Assembly: GCA_973895155.1 (NCBI GenBank)
Contig: OZ316894.1
Span: forward strand, 16,910,216 to 16,974,215
Reading direction: 5' to 3'
DNA from: Marsupella aquatica
Lineage: Eukaryota > Plantae > Marchantiophyta
Length of the DNA stretch: 64,000 nt
Part shown: piece after piece, positions 62,697 to 64,000 of the stretch
Position numbering within the stretch: the stretch's first letter is position 1
Layout of the letters: each line of letters starts with the position of its first letter
Notes under the pieces: model-generated
Databases searched by the model: none
What the model was told of the DNA's origin: nothing
What the model saw: only the letters and a program-made list of their open reading frames with translations
Program-made: the position numbers and the translations under genes

Positions 62697-64000
62697 TCAT
62701 ACACAGCATGTGTCCGTTGAGTTTTGATGATAGGATGGGGACGCGCCGAGGAGCCGAGGACCCTCGTTGCCATTTGGCCATCTCAATCCCCTTGCAATGT
62801 CTCTCTTCCAGAATATTCTTGAAACCAATGACGAGAAGAACGACTTCACGTAAACACTTGCAGTAGTGAGCATTTCACTGCAAGGAGAACCACAAGAAAT
62901 GTCAGTAAACTGAAACGCCTGTAGGGCAAATGTTTTTCGCAAAAAGGTCCAAAACCTTCAAAGCTTACAAACTGCTCTGCAAAATTCACTCAGCGCAACG
63001 GTGCATACAAAATAGTCCGTCAACATCCAGCTACAACTTGGACGATCATATACACATGAAGGTGTTTCAATTACACTGCAGAGCAAGGAGAGCGCCCCCC
63101 ATTCACAAAGTAAATGTAAAGATAGGAATCGTAATGGCGTCCGTTTATGAAATAAAAATTGCGCAGCTTCCGCATGCACTGGAATCCGTTCTTCTTGTAG
63201 AAATAAATGGCAGAATTGTTGTAAGAGATGACGTGTAAGTAAACAGCTCTGCAAGTTGGAAGACTGGTCGCGTGTTGAATAACTTTACCGACCAGAGCAG
63301 ATGCTGCCAAACCAGGTGATATCATTGTCAGAGCACAATCACATGCAAGAAATTAGTGTACATATCTTGGCCAAGACCTTTGTGAGACAAACCACAGTGG
63401 AAGGACATTGCCACCTTTCTTCAAGTGCAAAGGAGTACATTCAAAGCAGTAATTATCTAAGATCACAATAGCTGTGTCGAGATTTCGAAGTTAGCCTAAA
63501 ACGAAGCCATTCAATGACGATCGACAACCAAAGCCTAGAAAACTAAGCGCTTTGGTTATAAAAGCTCTCAGAAAGCAGAAAAACCATTAAGAGGCTCATG
63601 AGGACATACCAATACCAAGGTTCCGATATTGCTTGATTACACCCAAGGTCAGGATATACACGAGGGTACGGTCTGAGTTCAGTAACTCACATCCCAGCAT
63701 ATCCACTTCCTGAGAAACATCAAAAAATCTGAATTTTAAATCTCATGAAAATTTGTGCCGACCTAATGTACATTGAGTTTGAATTTACTTGATGCTTTTA
63801 GATCCCTCCACTTCATTCCTTATTTAATGATTGGACCGAGTGTGGGTCTCTGAGTGTTCATGGAAAGGGAAAAAGGACTTACTTCAATGTCATCGGCAGC
63901 AACAACGCGAGCCGTGATAAAGCCAATGAGCTCATCGCATTGCTCATTGGGTCTGTTACTATCAACTGCCGCCCACGAGACAATGCCATTGCCGTGAACA
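62697..64000 (-). CDS. NAA60: GNAT N-alpha-acetyltransferase 60 / MCC1-like histone acetyltransferase, 3' part (runs off the window)
   Basis: Exons >64000-63883, 63610-63709, 63075-63303, 62697-62877; motifs IVSWAAVD..DELIGFITA, VYILTLGVIKQYRNLGIA, RAVYLHVISYNNSAIYFYKKNGF, YFVNGGRSPCS. Confidence 0.92.

Overview
Eukaryotic nuclear DNA from a land plant; the intron style, CRE-type retrotransposons and gene sequences suggest a bryophyte (liverwort-like), which is inference. The left ~22 kb is repeat-rich. It holds a 5'-truncated but stop-free CRE-clade (RT + restriction-like endonuclease) non-LTR retrotransposon, a second short copy of it, a Ty1/copia remnant, LINE tails and several degenerate tandem arrays. 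Three minus-strand genes follow: a complete 23-coding-exon TRRAP/Tra1 gene (~4000 aa by my exon model), a 9-exon GHSxG lipase (~491 aa), and the 3' part of an NAA60/MCC1-type GNAT acetyltransferase. Between TRRAP and the lipase is a ~7.5 kb segment bounded by PIF/Harbinger-type TIRs that carries a decayed chloroplast SecA exon (Pack-TIR-like). The most unusual observation lies just upstream of the TRRAP start codon: a 108-bp exon-like copy of the TRRAP N-terminal helix (MLNRLLLATDVR vs [12 protein letters not shown]) whose DNA differences fall almost entirely at third codon positions, implying a translated uORF/microprotein or an alternative N-terminal exon. All coordinates were read by eye; no database searches were run.
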